Shown here: positions 1 through 12,407 of the stretch, one piece after another
Position numbering within the stretch: the first letter of the stretch is position 1
Layout: every line of letters begins with the position of its first letter
Origin: Phoronis australis
Taxonomy: Eukaryota > Animalia > Phoronida
Assembly (NCBI GenBank): GCA_002633005.1
Contig: NMRA01000080.1
Location: forward strand, 401,291-465,290
Length of the DNA stretch: 64,000 nucleotides
Reading direction: 5' to 3'
Translations under genes and position numbers: made by a program
The notes under the pieces: model-generated
What the model was told of the DNA's origin: nothing
Database searches by the model: none
Seen by the model: only the letters and a program-made list of their open reading frames with translations

Positions 1-1010
1 GGTAAAAATATCCTGCTTTAAGAATGTGAGCAGATACTTCATCTGGCCCAGCAGATTTATGACGATTGAGGTTCTGCAACATTTGCTGATACCGTCATTG
101 GAGAAAGTTATACCAAGCATCGAGTTATAGGCCTATATGCCTGTAGTGGCTAGTGCCTTTGTTATGTTGGGCATATCTGTACCATTGTCTTTTGTGAAGG
201 CCAAGGTAGAACGTGAATTTTCCTAACACAGGTAACTAATTTAGTTTAGTCAAGGACGTCACTTTTTACTCACATCGGCGTAAAGCTGTATATTTAGTAT
301 ATGGGCAGCTTTGCATGAAGACTACCACCCGGCATGACGACATGTGGGCAACACTGTTGGCCGGTTAGGGTCTACAATACTTCCCATCGCTTTCTGTACT
401 AATTTCGTCCCGTGAATTTTAAACGGGCGGTAGGTGAAATCTGCTCACCAATTAAGAGTTTCACCTCTTCAAAAATACATTCTACACTTAAAACTACCAC
501 TAACTTTCTTCAGTGATCCTTTCTCCTTCTACACATATCTTCAATGAAGCTTAATTATAAGAATTAAGGTGACTTTGGAAAAGAATTCCAACTCCACTTT
601 TTAGGTCACCATTATTTTTTTCACCGTGCGCGCGATAACCGCAAAATATTTCAAATGAGTCCCGTGAGTAAGGCAAAGGCTAGCGCGAGACTGAACAAAG
701 CGCGTGATGTGGCGCGTGACACTTGTAAAATAGCATGGGAAGATATCAGGTGAAATTTGTTACATTTGTGTCCCTTGGACTTTTTTCTTTGTCAACAGGC
801 ATGATTTCATGTAACTTCCTCAAAATGGCACCCGGTAAGAGAAACTCGAGTGAACCGCGATCAGATTTTCATGGATATGTTAAAGTCAGTTATGTTGACT
901 AAATGTGTTAATTATAACTCTATGAGCATATCTGCATGTTTCACTCGACTTTATTTGCTGAATTTCAGGTCGATAAGAATTTAGATAGTAGATCTCTAGA
1001 TAACATGAAC

Positions 1011-2090
1011 CTAGGCAGTGACTGCTGGGACATAGGATGGTGGAGCTCCTATAGGCGCTTCATATGCCGAAAGCTTTTCGGCGAATTATGCCTTGCAATG
1101 ACTAAAATATCGAAGTCACATTGTTATAAATACGTTTTGCTCACAAAGGGACACCTTGATGTATGTAATTTCTTCCAACTCAAACAAATACACCCGTTAT
1201 CAAACCTTTTCTTCGAGCAGTCCCTTGTTCAGTTCCCAAAATCAGTAACTCACCATTTTTAATACTCCCCACGCCAGGGGATATGACATCATACCACCTG
1301 GCACAGTGTTAAAAATGGTGAGTTACCAATTTTAGAAACTGAATGAGGGAGTGCTCAAAGAAAAGGTTTGATAACGGGATTATTTGTTTGAGTTGGAAGG
1401 AATTTAATACATCGACGGCTTCCTAGGCTAAGGCACATCAATAACTTAGCTGCCACAGTAAAAACTACGACTACTTCCGTAAACAAGTCCTTGTCTTCAG
1501 TCATTTCCTACTGTCTGTTCAGCCTTTTCATGTGAAAAACACATTTTCCGTTGTGTCAGACTTCTAATTCCGCGTTTTTTCAAATTTCCCGCACTTAGAC
1601 AGATCATTTCGTGACCTTCCTGCAATTGCCGTCCATTCGTAACTCATTGGATTATTCCGTACCATATTTGACCTTGACCGGAAGGAAGCATATTGCTACT
1701 GTGTGGCGACTTTTTGGGAAGATTTTTGTACTTTGACCGCGAATTTGTTGCGAACTCGGTCGAGCTGGACAAAATAAATGGTATTGGGAGAAAGAACAAT
1801 TCCTCATGGTTTGTTGAACCTCTGTTTTTTGGAAATTTATTGAGTTTTGTTTGCTATGGATGGCTGAAGTGAACCACCCGTGGAATTTCTAGTCCACAGT
1901 GTCATACCTTGTAGTATATATATAGAGTGTATTGGGTACGATCAGAAGCTGAGGACGCCTGTAGCCAAAGTTGTCTCTCTATGCACAAAAGCTATTTATA
2001 TCAACGTAGCATTGACATTTTAGTCAGAGACAGACATAATTCGTCAAAAATCTTCCGGCGTATGAAGCGCCTATAGGAAGGAGCTTCACA
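1011..2090. mobile_element. Degenerate long-TIR foldback element, same family as 12634-13537; right arm interrupted at about 1434-1962
   Basis: 1011-1265 matches the left arm of the 12634 element (CTAGGCA..., CTATAGGCGCT, AAGCTTTTCGGCGAATTATGCC). The inverted arm resumes at 1310-1433 and continues at about 1975-2080 (TTCCGGCGTATGAAGCGCCTATAGG). Confidence 0.7.
1600..1962. mobile_element. Single arm of the second foldback family (same as 2117-2784), nested in the 1011 element
   Basis: 1780-1962 closely matches 2598-2784 (GGGAGAAAGAACAATTCCTCATGGTTTGTTGAACCTCTG ... GATCAGAAGCTGAGGACGCCTGT). Confidence 0.7.
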
Positions 2091-2116
2091 GTCTCGACTT
2101 CGAAGCCAGTAGAGAC

Positions 2117-2784
2117 CACAAGCGTCCTCAGCTTCTGATCATCCCTAATACACTAAATAACACTACAAGGTATGACACTCCCGACTAGAAATTCCACGGG
2201 TACTTCACTTCAGCAGTCTATAGCAACCACTAAACTCAATAAATTTACACAAAACAGAGGTTCAACAAACCATGAGGATTTGTTCTTTTTCCCAATACCC
2301 ATTTACGGTGTCCTGCTTCACCCAGTTTACAAGAAATTCGCGGTCAAATCACAAAAATCTTCCCAAAACGCCCGTACGGAGCAACTCCCTTGCTAATCGA
2401 AGGGCAAGGACAATACGGAATTATCCGATGAGTTAATCTGAATGGCAATTGCTGATTCGTCACGATTTCGTAACATTCCGTGACAAATCGGCAACTACCA
2501 TTCATTCGTAACTCATCGGATAATTCCGTATCATCCTTGACCTTCGAGTTGCTCCAGATGGGCTTTTTGGGTGAACTGAAGAAAGGACACTGTAATTGTA
2601 CTGGGAGAAAGAACAATTCCTCATGGTTTGTTGAACCTCTGTTTTGTATAAATTTATTGAGCTTGTGTTTGATATGGATGGCTGAAGTGAAGCAGCCGCG
2701 GAATTTCTAGTCGGGAGTGTCATACCTTGTAGTATTATATACTTATAGTGTACTGGGGATGATCAGAAGCTGAGGACGCCTGTG
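2117..2784. mobile_element. Palindromic non-autonomous DNA element (foldback MITE) with an 8-bp TSD
   Basis: The whole element is an imperfect inverted repeat centred near 2460. Flanks GTAGAGAC (2109-2116) and GTAGACAC (2785-2792) match at 7 of 8 positions. Confidence 0.75.
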
Positions 2785-4299
2785 GTAGACACTTTATCGA
2801 TTTTCTATTGAACATTTACCTGTTCCACCACGGAACCGCGCACTTCCGTGTTCCCTTAGATGCAGAATTCATAATAAATGCACCAAATCAAGCTCCATTA
2901 GTATGAGAACACCGAAAACTTGCTGAAGTTACCCGTGGGCTAATGTCTCCAGGTGAGTACCGTGGGCGCGGCCATCATAATGTTGCATTGAGGGATTTTT
3001 TTTATACTAGTGCCTCCAGTGTGACATTTGCGAACTACTTTCCTTGAAATCGTTGCCTTCCCGTCGACGCGGCCTGACGCCAATCCCCTATAAAATCTTT
3101 GCTGACGCGGAGGAAATTCTTCGAATGGTTCCTGACTGAGCTTGCGCACGTCATAATGTCGCATAAATACGGTTACTTGTCATGACATCCATAATCAACC
3201 AAAAGTAAGCATTTTTAATCGTAATTTCCCAGACCATAAAGGTGACTACGGCCTATAAGTAAGCACTTCCCCTGAATACTGAGATTCGACGGTCAAATCC
3301 GTTATTTTCACAATTCGTTGTTTGCTTATTCCAAATAAACAAACTGCATTTCATTACACAAACATATATTTTCATTTTTATTCAGTACAAATAACTAAAC
3401 TTCATTCGTTCGTCTTTGAAGTTGATTTCAAGTTTTTTTATTTGTTATATAGTCTATATAATTGATTTTTTGGTTGGCATTCTTTTCAAAAAAAAACACG
3501 AAATAAAATTTTGAGACCCATCTTTCAAGTTCTTGATTATATTATAGTTCCCATCGAGAAATGAGCTCTCGTAGGAAAAACTGAAAGGGCACCCTTTGTC
3601 AGCGGGGCCGCGACGGGGACGGACGTTCTAACTACGACAACGAAAGCAGCTATAGTAACAGCGAATTCGAAGACACTGTAAAGACGGAAGAGTGCAATGA
3701 AATGTATGGCGACGTACTTCGAAACTTGGTTCGCTGTGAGTGAATCGATGGCGTTCTATCAGAGATCGATGTTCAGTGGATTGCGTTCCGCGAAGTGTGC
3801 TTTACCTGACAAGATTGTTTTGGTCAGTAATCGCGTCGGCGATGTTTCCAGTTGGTGACGTTTCCTTGAGCAAGCTGCTTAATTTTTGGCTGTTCCTACA
3901 GGCAATCAGCTGTTCAGGCTGTGCTTGACACAAAGATGATGTCAATACACCAGTCGACTGTGATAGGTCAAGAAAATGAAAGACTCCGAAAGGGGCACAT
4001 AATATGGGGGCGGGGCATAAAAATAAAATGTGTAGTCATTTATTAGTGTCCCGGCCGTTGTGTGGACTAAAAGGAAATAAGATATGTTGCACAAAAGAAC
4101 GTGTATTCTTCGCGGAAATGTTTTCTTCGCGGAGAAACCTTTTTGTCTGCATCGGAAAAATTTTCTCTTCGGGGAAGGGTTTCTCTACTGAGATAAGCTT
4201 TCTCCGCGGAGAAAGGTGATTTTTTTCGTAATGTTATTTTTTCAAGGTCAGCTTTGGAACCACATAACTTTCTGATTCGTTTGTATCGCTAGTGAAAGT

Positions 4300-5090
4300 A
4301 ACGCGGGGACATCCTTCATAGAGCACAGAGAAAGACTAGATACAAGAAGTTTTATTTAACACTAAATATAACTACTGATGATTTAGTGCTGGTGTCGAAT
4401 ACTGTTGCTGGACTACAGCTGAAGCTCGATGTCCTCGAAAAGTTTTGTCGAGATCGGAACTTGGAAGTAAATTTGGAGAAAAAAAGTTGTAGTATTTAAG
4501 CGATTAGGCAAACTTTCAAATACTGAAATGTGGTTTTTTGACGACAAGAAAGTAGATACCAAATCGTACTACAAGTACATAGGAGTTCTCCTGCAGACTT
4601 AAATGGACTGAGTGTTATAGAGCACTTGCGAGCCAAGCTCGAAAAGCAATGAGTGTTATTAAAGTCACTCTGTCAAAATTTAGCTGTATTTCCCATGGAG
4701 TGCATTTTAAACTCTTTGACTCTATGATAATGCCCATGTTAACATATGGTGCAGAAATATGGTGAACATCTATTGAAAAAGTTCATAATGACTTCTGTAA
4801 ATACGTTCTGAGATTGAGTACGGTGAATGTGGGTGATAATTGTTAATTACAAAATATATGTGTAAACCCATTATCTATTGGACAAAATTATTTGATATGA
4901 GAGAACATAGGTACCCACTGAAAAGCTATAGTATGCTTGGGGAACAAGGTGAAAATGGTAATTATAACTGGGCACATCGTGTCAAAGAAATTTTGTATAG
5001 GTACGGTTATGGAGAAATGTGGTTATTAGGCCCAGGTAATAGTGCTGAATTTATTATGGTATTCAAACAGAGCATTTCGCTCAGGGTGTG
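4300..5090 (+). mobile_element. Decayed non-LTR retrotransposon: RT C-terminal part and downstream region
   Basis: Translates with stops and frameshifts as TDDLVLVSNTVAGLQLKLDVLEKFCRDRNLEVN..., YYKYIGV, LFDSMIMPMLTYGAEIW and NWAHRVKEILYRYGYGEMW, a typical LINE ORF2 tail. Confidence 0.75.
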
Positions 5091-6348
5091 AGCTCAGTCC
5101 ACTAGGATAGGATGTTTACACAACTGTTAACTAAGACCCAGCATGGAAACATCTGTATGCCAGGTCACAGACAATGGTATTCTTCAATGAGCGCAGTGAG
5201 TGTCAAGCACATCTGTACCGCTAGCTTTGTTTCTTGGTAGTGATGCGTGGGGTGTTACAATTTTATTTATTCCCCTAACAGGGGTCCCATAACAAAAAAT
5301 CCAAGTATTGAAGGACTCCTTTATTTCTTTATTCGGGGAGTCGAATTTGTGTATGCTCAGTAATGCCTAAATTTTTGTGGAAAGCAGCAAAATGCTGTTG
5401 TGACAATTTAAAAAATCACTCAAAATCCCACGACAATTAAATGAAATGTAATAACATTAATTTTACACGCGTTGATACAATTCCATCGGAATGTGTACCT
5501 TGTTTTAATGTGGATATGTAGGCGTATCTTTGTCAACTGTGGGTCGATTTTGACCAAAAACATTCTGTTGTGGTCGGCATAAGATAATTCCGAATTAAAT
5601 ATCAAAATTATGAGAAAGATGCAACAGTTTAAATAACCGAAAACTCAGGCACATCCCACTCACAGACAGCCAGAGGTCTTTTCACTGCAGTTCATCTAAT
5701 GCGAAGCTGTTAACGTAAACAAACTGCTGCACACTTGTTACGTGGCGGTCCGTAAAAACCTACCCCGACTTACGGACCCTGGACTTCAGACACTGAGCGG
5801 AATGCGATTACTGGATTGTCACGTGGCGTTCAGGAATGAAAACTAGAAATAGGTAGCTCAAATAAATATGAATTCTTATTAAACGTGATCTAGTTAGCGA
5901 GCAATATGAAGAGCAAGAAGAACATTTGAACAATTTCGATGTTCAGGCCACTCACTTAATATTGAGAAAGGTAGACATATGAGTATTCCTAGAAGTGAGA
6001 GAATATGCGACATAATGCAGTCTGTTTGTCAAATTTTAACCAAATGACCTGTCCGTTTGAAAACTAACTTGTTTATTTGTCAGTGTTGTCTATTTTGAAA
6101 CCTTTCTATACTATACGAGCTACCGCCTTCATCATAACAAAAGATACTAAGGTAACTATTAAATCTTTGATCATAACAAAGCAATCGAGGCAGGGTCACC
6201 GCTGTGGTGTGTTAACAACCACTTACATGTATAAGCGATACACTCTGGTGGTGTCTGAGTATAACGCACGTTATATAATATACAAATGCATGTAGGTCAA
6301 CCGTAAATCTCACACAGCACGGGTAGCCTACAGTAATAGTTCGTGAAG

Positions 6349-8100
6349 ATGGAAGGCATGACAAAAAGAGAAGTATCGATGAGCTATTGGCACGCGGCAA
6401 GTAGCAGGCCACTGTCGGGGTCTACAATCGGTCAGCTGCTGGATGAGGCAGCACGAGAAGTTCCTGATCACGTAGTTTTTGTCGTATGTGACACCAAGGA
6501 AAGGATTCATTTCAAGAAACTGTGGAACATGGCTCGTGGCTACGCAAAAGGAATGCTAGCTATTGGATTGAAGAAGGGTGACGTCATGTGTATGAGCGGA
6601 ATGACGTCCGCCGATTGGGTATATTTGTACTTCGCCGCATCCTACATCGGTGTTGTTGTTCAAGCGGGACCATATTTTATTCCGTATGATTCCGAATTCT
6701 TTCATCGAGTCACCAAGTCGCAATGTAAATTGCTTGTTGTGGGACCGCAAAATGATGGCGAAATATTTCACGAAATTTCCAAAGTTTTGTTCACAGGCGC
6801 AGATTCCTACTGCGCAAATATCCAACGTATTTTTTGTCAAACGGGTGCTTTTAGCCGAGACGCGAAAATCAAGTCCAGAAATATCGAAACCTTAGAGGTC
6901 CTACAGGGGATAGGCGAAAACATTACAGACGACGCACTGCGAAATGCCGCTGATGACGTGTCAATGGAAGACACTTTGTATTTGGTGACGACATCTGGAA
7001 GTACAGGTCTTCCTAAACTGGTGTCTTGTATCCACAGGCAGGTAGTAAATATAGGCAACTTTTGTCTACTGTTCTCTGAGAGAGACCTTGGCAACCGTCG
7101 TTTGAGGGATAGCGAAGAAGCACACGTTTTTGCTAGTATGAATATATGGGTCGCGGAATCGGCTACCTTTTTGTTTACTGGTGTTGGTGTCACGGCTAAG
7201 AATAACTTGAGAACAGTATTTCTTCCCGGGGCTCTGAGAACGAACCATTGTGATCCTGAAGAGCACATGCTTAAAGTTTTAGAGCTTGAGAGGTGCGTTG
7301 ATGCTGTTCTCTGGCCATCCTATCATTTGAAAATGATGAGTTGTTCGAACCTGAGCAAGTACAACCTGTCCTCGCTTCGTGGAGGTGAATTGACTGGTCA
7401 AAGGTTGCCTGCCTCTCTTGCAAAGTATCTACTCCAGATGTTCCCCGAGATTCACTACGTCTACTCTCTGTCGGAGTGTTTGTTTGTTACGCGAATGACA
7501 AATGAAGACGGGACTCCCGAAGAACGTTTTTCACGTGTTGGGAGAGCTGTCGACCATTTAGAAATAAAATTAGTAGACGGCAATGGACACATCGTTCCAG
7601 TTGGTGAGAATGGAGAGATTTGTGTCCGAGGCTGGTCTGTCACTCCTGGGTACTGGAACGATCCCGAAGAAACTGCCAAGGTTCTTCGCAACGGATGGTT
7701 CCACACTGGAGATGTGGGAACAATGGACTGCACTGGAATTGTTAATTTCCTGGGTAGGAGACAAGATGCGCTTTTCCTTAAGAGACACATGAGAGTAACA
7801 TACCCAGGTCCAACAGAAAATTGCGTAATTAAACACCCAAATGTTGCGGACGCAATGGTGATTTCTCGTCCAGATGACGTGATCGGTGATGAAATGATTC
7901 TGTGTGCCACGTTAAACCAAGGCGTTCATATGACGAAGGATGAACTTCGTCTCTACTGTCAAGCTAATCTGCCCGAATTGTCCGTACCGGATCAGTTCGT
8001 GATTGTGGACCAGTTCCCAAGAGTTGGTGTTAGGTGCAAGGTTTCCAAGCAGGAGCTGCTAAAAAAAGCTGAGCAAATTTTAAATTCAGAGAGATCGTAG
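6349..8100 (+). CDS. Intronless AMP-dependent acyl-CoA synthetase/ligase, ACSF2-like (ANL superfamily), 583 aa
   Basis: Single open frame; the first ATG is at 6349 (the ORF track starts at GTG 6343). Shows the ACSF2-type N-terminus SYWHA..PLSGSTIGQLLD, the P-loop TTSGSTGLPK, GEICVRG..GYW, GWFHTGDVG and the hinge GRRQD. Confidence 0.92.
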   Translation: MEGMTKREVSMSYWHAASSRPLSGSTIGQLLDEAAREVPDHVVFVVCDTKERIHFKKLWNMARGYAKGMLAIGLKKGDVMCMSGMTSADWVYLYFAASYIGVVVQAGPYFIPYDSEFFHRVTKSQCKLLVVGPQNDGEIFHEISKVLFTGADSYCANIQRIFCQTGAFSRDAKIKSRNIETLEVLQGIGENITDDALRNAADDVSMEDTLYLVTTSGSTGLPKLVSCIHRQVVNIGNFCLLFSERDLGNRRLRDSEEAHVFASMNIWVAESATFLFTGVGVTAKNNLRTVFLPGALRTNHCDPEEHMLKVLELERCVDAVLWPSYHLKMMSCSNLSKYNLSSLRGGELTGQRLPASLAKYLLQMFPEIHYVYSLSECLFVTRMTNEDGTPEERFSRVGRAVDHLEIKLVDGNGHIVPVGENGEICVRGWSVTPGYWNDPEETAKVLRNGWFHTGDVGTMDCTGIVNFLGRRQDALFLKRHMRVTYPGPTENCVIKHPNVADAMVISRPDDVIGDEMILCATLNQGVHMTKDELRLYCQANLPELSVPDQFVIVDQFPRVGVRCKVSKQELLKKAEQILNSERS

Positions 8101-8616
8101 ACAGTGGGTGCGAACAAAAGGTATCCACGGTGACCACAGGATGTTGATTAGTTCTGAACGGCAGCAATGTGCACGTTGGCGGCAAACACTTTTTACTGTT
8201 TTATGAGCTTGAAAACCAGGTAAAAACCAGATTCGTGCTGCTCCAAGCTCTCTGTTCTATTATGTGTACATCACCGGAAAATTTATCCGGGCTTATAAAT
8301 TTGGCATTGGTGAGACAGTCCATTAGCATGTTTATTTGCATTTCTATGGTTTCCTGCGACACATACTGACACTAATTGGATATTTTCATTGATGCTTAAC
8401 TTCATTTGCTGCCAAGCAACACCCTACGCCCTTTGATCTTTCTGCTGCCAGACCAGTTCACTTGTTTACCTTGTCCAGGATTTACTCTTTCTTACTGACT
8501 ACTTCTTTTCTAGTTCTTGTTACTTAGTAGTCTCATGTACATAGTTTGTGGTGATTTTAGGCATCTGACCTTTCCACCACTCGTTGAAATGGTTTGTATT
8601 GCCAGTTAAAATTCTT

Positions 8617-8622
8617 AATAAA
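8617..8622 (+). terminator. Candidate polyadenylation signal of the acyl-CoA ligase gene
   Basis: AATAAA about 520 nt downstream of the stop codon. Support is positional only. Confidence 0.35.
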
Positions 8623-11600
8623 AGTATCTCTGCAAAATGTTTAATCATTAATTGTTGTCCAGCTGCCAAAAAAGCGAATAACATCGAATGAAATCCAAAT
8701 GAATTAACAGACCACGGTCTTCCATAATAAAAACAGCGTTTGATTTAAACTACTTACTTTTATAAAACAGGTCTCAAGGCTTTGAGTCAAGTTGTCCGGT
8801 CCTTTCATGTTACTGCTCCAAGCGTGGTCGCGAGGAAAACGGAACTGACATTTTTTTCAAACCGAGAAATCACTCCTCATCAGAGTAAGGAACAAGCTAT
8901 TTGATACAAGTTAAATATCAGTGAGTGGTTTAAATCAAAGTTGATTTCTAGCCGGGTCGTGGGTTTATAGGCGCTTTGTGAACAATACTTGCTTACCGGG
9001 ATAGGACTATATTACCTAAAAGAACAGCGAAACCATTAGCGACTCAAGAAAACGCTTCTCAGTATCCCAGTGGGGGCATCTACCAGAATTTTGGATAGCC
9101 TACGCGCGTTTCAACAATATTTCACGTAAAGAAACGTTCCGTTTTTAGGTCTGGGTGCCGTTACACGTGTTACAGGTGTGTTTATGGTACTAGGATTTCG
9201 ACCTTAAAGAGGAGGGTAAAGATATGAATTAGTTCACTTAAGTTATTGGAGAGCCAAAAATGTACCGCCACCAAACTCTCTCTTATTGGTATACATAAAC
9301 AGTTTTGCGGCGGGGGCCTGCAAAATCCGAAAATATCCTCATCAGAGAAACTGCGATTATTCTGGTATTTGTCCTCTCGCAAAATGAGGCCCCAGCACAT
9401 TCTGAAAGACTTGCTTTGAAAGGACCCACTGTCAAACTTGGGAAAGTTCACTTTAATAGGGTTATTTTTAAATACACACTTTGTAAAGAGTGGAATTTGG
9501 AGTCCTAAAGTTTCGTGTCATGAAAGTGGCCGGCTTAAGACTTTTTGAGACAGAAAATTGGTCGCACCCTTACAATTGATGGATAAAACTTGAACCACGT
9601 AATGAGTGCATCAAAGTCTAAAAATAATTGAGAGAAATTGTCACAGTAACTACGAGGCTTTGCTCTTTTGCTCACGTGAGGTTTCATTATTTTTCAAAAG
9701 ATAATTGTGTAGAGCGTACGTAAGACCGAATTTCTGTCTTACGTCACTTTGATGAAACGGAACTCACCGTACCTCAGAAGATTTTTAAAAATGTTATTGA
9801 AATATACAAACTCAAGTCTCCAGTGGCTGCGCCTTCCCCTGGGCAAAGTTATTGGGTCTGATCAACCCTAATTTGGAAATGGCGCATTTAGGCCGCACTG
9901 CCTGTACCGTAACGTCATTGCCGGTTCATTCGCAACAGTTCAAGAGCGGCTGAGAAAGACGATGTTTTTAAAGCCCTTCTCAAACAGCATCTTACTCTGT
10001 GCCATTACGAGTGGACTGGCTATCACACAAGGATTCCAGTCGGAATTCAGCAGGCGCGTGTATGTAGCTGCAAGTTCAAAAATCAATGTTTTGGTCTCGA
10101 GTCCGTGTGTGTCCTGTTATTTCATTCCAGCTTCCAGTGTCTTTAAAGACTGGAACCATGTTTTTACTGAAATTTCTATGGTTTCATTTTCTTGAAACCT
10201 GGAACAGCTTGAATGGTTCGAGACTTCAAGTTTCAGTTCAATAACCAGCGAAATTGCAACATTAAACCTACAACCTACATTGCATATTCCAGTCCAGTTT
10301 CGTACTTGGAGGCATAACCACTGATTTTTCGCTTCAAGCAGCCAATAGTGTTTAAGTTTAACGTGACGTCATTAGTAATATTTTGGTTGATGGGACAATG
10401 TGAACGATTCGGAATAACAGCCAATTTATCAGGGTTAGTGTATTGATATTTGGTTTTTGTATTGTTATTTAACTGTGGTTATGTCACATTTTTCAGTCCG
10501 GTCTAAAAACCAACAGTAGGCCTATTGACCGAGTGTGATAGAAATGGTCATCGCTTCTCTGACAGAATGCGGGCTTATAGCCGCTTTAAAAACTTGTGGA
10601 AAGAATTCAAAATTTACATTTTCAGTCAACGTTTTCACCTGACTCCACCCAATGTCTGGGCACCTTCGGAACGTCGATATCTTGCTTTACTTCTGTGATC
10701 GAGGTAAGCCAATATCTCCGTGCGTCACCGTATCCTCTCTCGTACAGTGCTGTGAGTGCCGGGGCGTCGGCGCACGTAGGCGCAGCCAACCACCTTTTGC
10801 CATTTTTCGTAGCACCTACGCACCGCAAGTTACGTTCAGTGCTCAACGTGATGGCGTACGGTGGGCTTTGGGCGCCTACTTACCTATAATTTCACCTGAC
10901 AGCACTGCTCTCGTAGACCAATGACGCGCTTGCAGTTGGAAGTAACATGAATGCTCGATATCTTTGCAATATATTTATACAGAACGGAATGAACTGGCAT
11001 CCAAAACAGACATAACGTTGCGCCAAGTCCGCAGCCTGCCAGCCACGTGCCTGTACCACTGACAACGTACGTGTCGACCTGTTCTGCTTTTGACGGCTTT
11101 TTCGGCTTCCCTATCTCGTAATGATTTACCTTTGCCGAACCATTTCATAGCGAGCTCGGGGTGACAGAACGGTTCTCCCGTGACTCGGTTAGGTTGCATG
11201 CCGCCCAGTGCATGGTAATGTGCAGACTGACATAGTGAACTTGTCACGTTATAATTCATAGTGTCGAAACATAACGAACCCCTTCAGATGAGGACAGAAG
11301 ATTTATTCTGTCTTGTAGTTTTAAGAATGAAGGCCGGGTCGAAACGGACGCCACTTTCAGTCTCACCCCAGAACCATGACTTCACTGCCAATGCGCGGCA
11401 TAAACCAACAATAGATTCTGATTGCGAATTTCCTACAGAATCCCGAAAAATGCTGTCAACCAACCATTTTTTGCCATTCTGGATGAGGGCTAACTCAGTG
11501 AGTCGGAATTCAGGCGCCTCAGTATTCGGCCAGAGTGTACAGTCGGGAAATGGTCTTTATTTCACTCCCATCATATTCACAAATAAAAACAAACCAGAAA

Positions 11601-12224
11601 CACTTACATGCAACGACTGCCTCAAAGCTCCACGGCCCTGCCTGCCCGGCCACGAGTAGTAGCCCCAATACCCGAGTACCCCCGCCCGCCGGCCGGGCGC
11701 TACTAGTCCGTGGATAGGCGAAGTTGTTTACCGCGATTGCAATCTAACTAATACACGAAGAAACTTGTCAAGTTCACTCAAATAATCACGTCACTTTGAT
11801 GAAAAATTGCACTGGAAAATTAGGCCTACTTGTTTATAAAATAAACGTAAATTTTTAACCAACCGTTCAAGACTGACTGAAATTTCTTTAGTCATTGGCG
11901 ATCTTATTCACGTAACAATAATTAATTAACCATCCACATATTCCTCCGATTCTTCGGTAAAGAAGAAAAAGGATGACCGTGAGGCCTATCATTACGAAAA
12001 ATTTTTACTCCGAACAAAAACTTCGCTTGATTGAATATTTAATGGACAAGTAACTGAAGTTCACATTCACAGCAAGCCCCTCCCGGCGCTCCCCTACGTG
12101 TCTAGCCAGCTGGTTACTGCCACCTAGCGACACGCAGGGAACCAGCGAGAGCAAGCCCTCGTGGACGAGACGGTCTCGCCATCTGGTGATTGAATAGTGG
12201 CCAACAGACGTCTCTTACCTCAAA

Positions 12225-12315
12225 ATGGCTGCCTCCTGCAAAATAAAAAGTGTCGAAATAGTAAAAGTTGAAAATCTGTCTAAAGAAGAGTTTAACAGGA
12301 AGTATTTGGAAGCAG
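12225..12315 (+). CDS. JmjC/cupin-8 oxygenase, exon 1 (MAASCKIKSVEIVKVENLSKEEFNRKYLEA-G)
   Basis: ATG in the context CAAAATGG. Cupin-8 type N-terminus LSKEEFNRKYL. Donor G|GTAGG, phase 1. Confidence 0.88.
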
Positions 12316-12407
12316 GTAGGAACTGCTTTGTAATTGTTTACAGCATGACGACATTAACCTACACACATGATTTTGGTTTTGTTCTCATTCCAAAAATATA
12401 TGATGTG

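Noticed and set aside
6556-7910. Antisense and alternative-frame ORFs over the ligase
   Set aside because: Shadow frames of a real coding sequence.
6349-8100. Bacterial contamination or recent horizontal transfer of the intronless ligase
   Set aside because: The flanks are animal-type repeats, there are no operon neighbours, and the N-terminus is ACSF2-like. Only a phylogeny could revive the idea.
8845-9350. Two further CTGATGA hammerhead-like strings on the minus strand (near 8880 and 9343)
   Set aside because: Neither has a convincing stem II closed directly by GAAA, and neither has a stem I.
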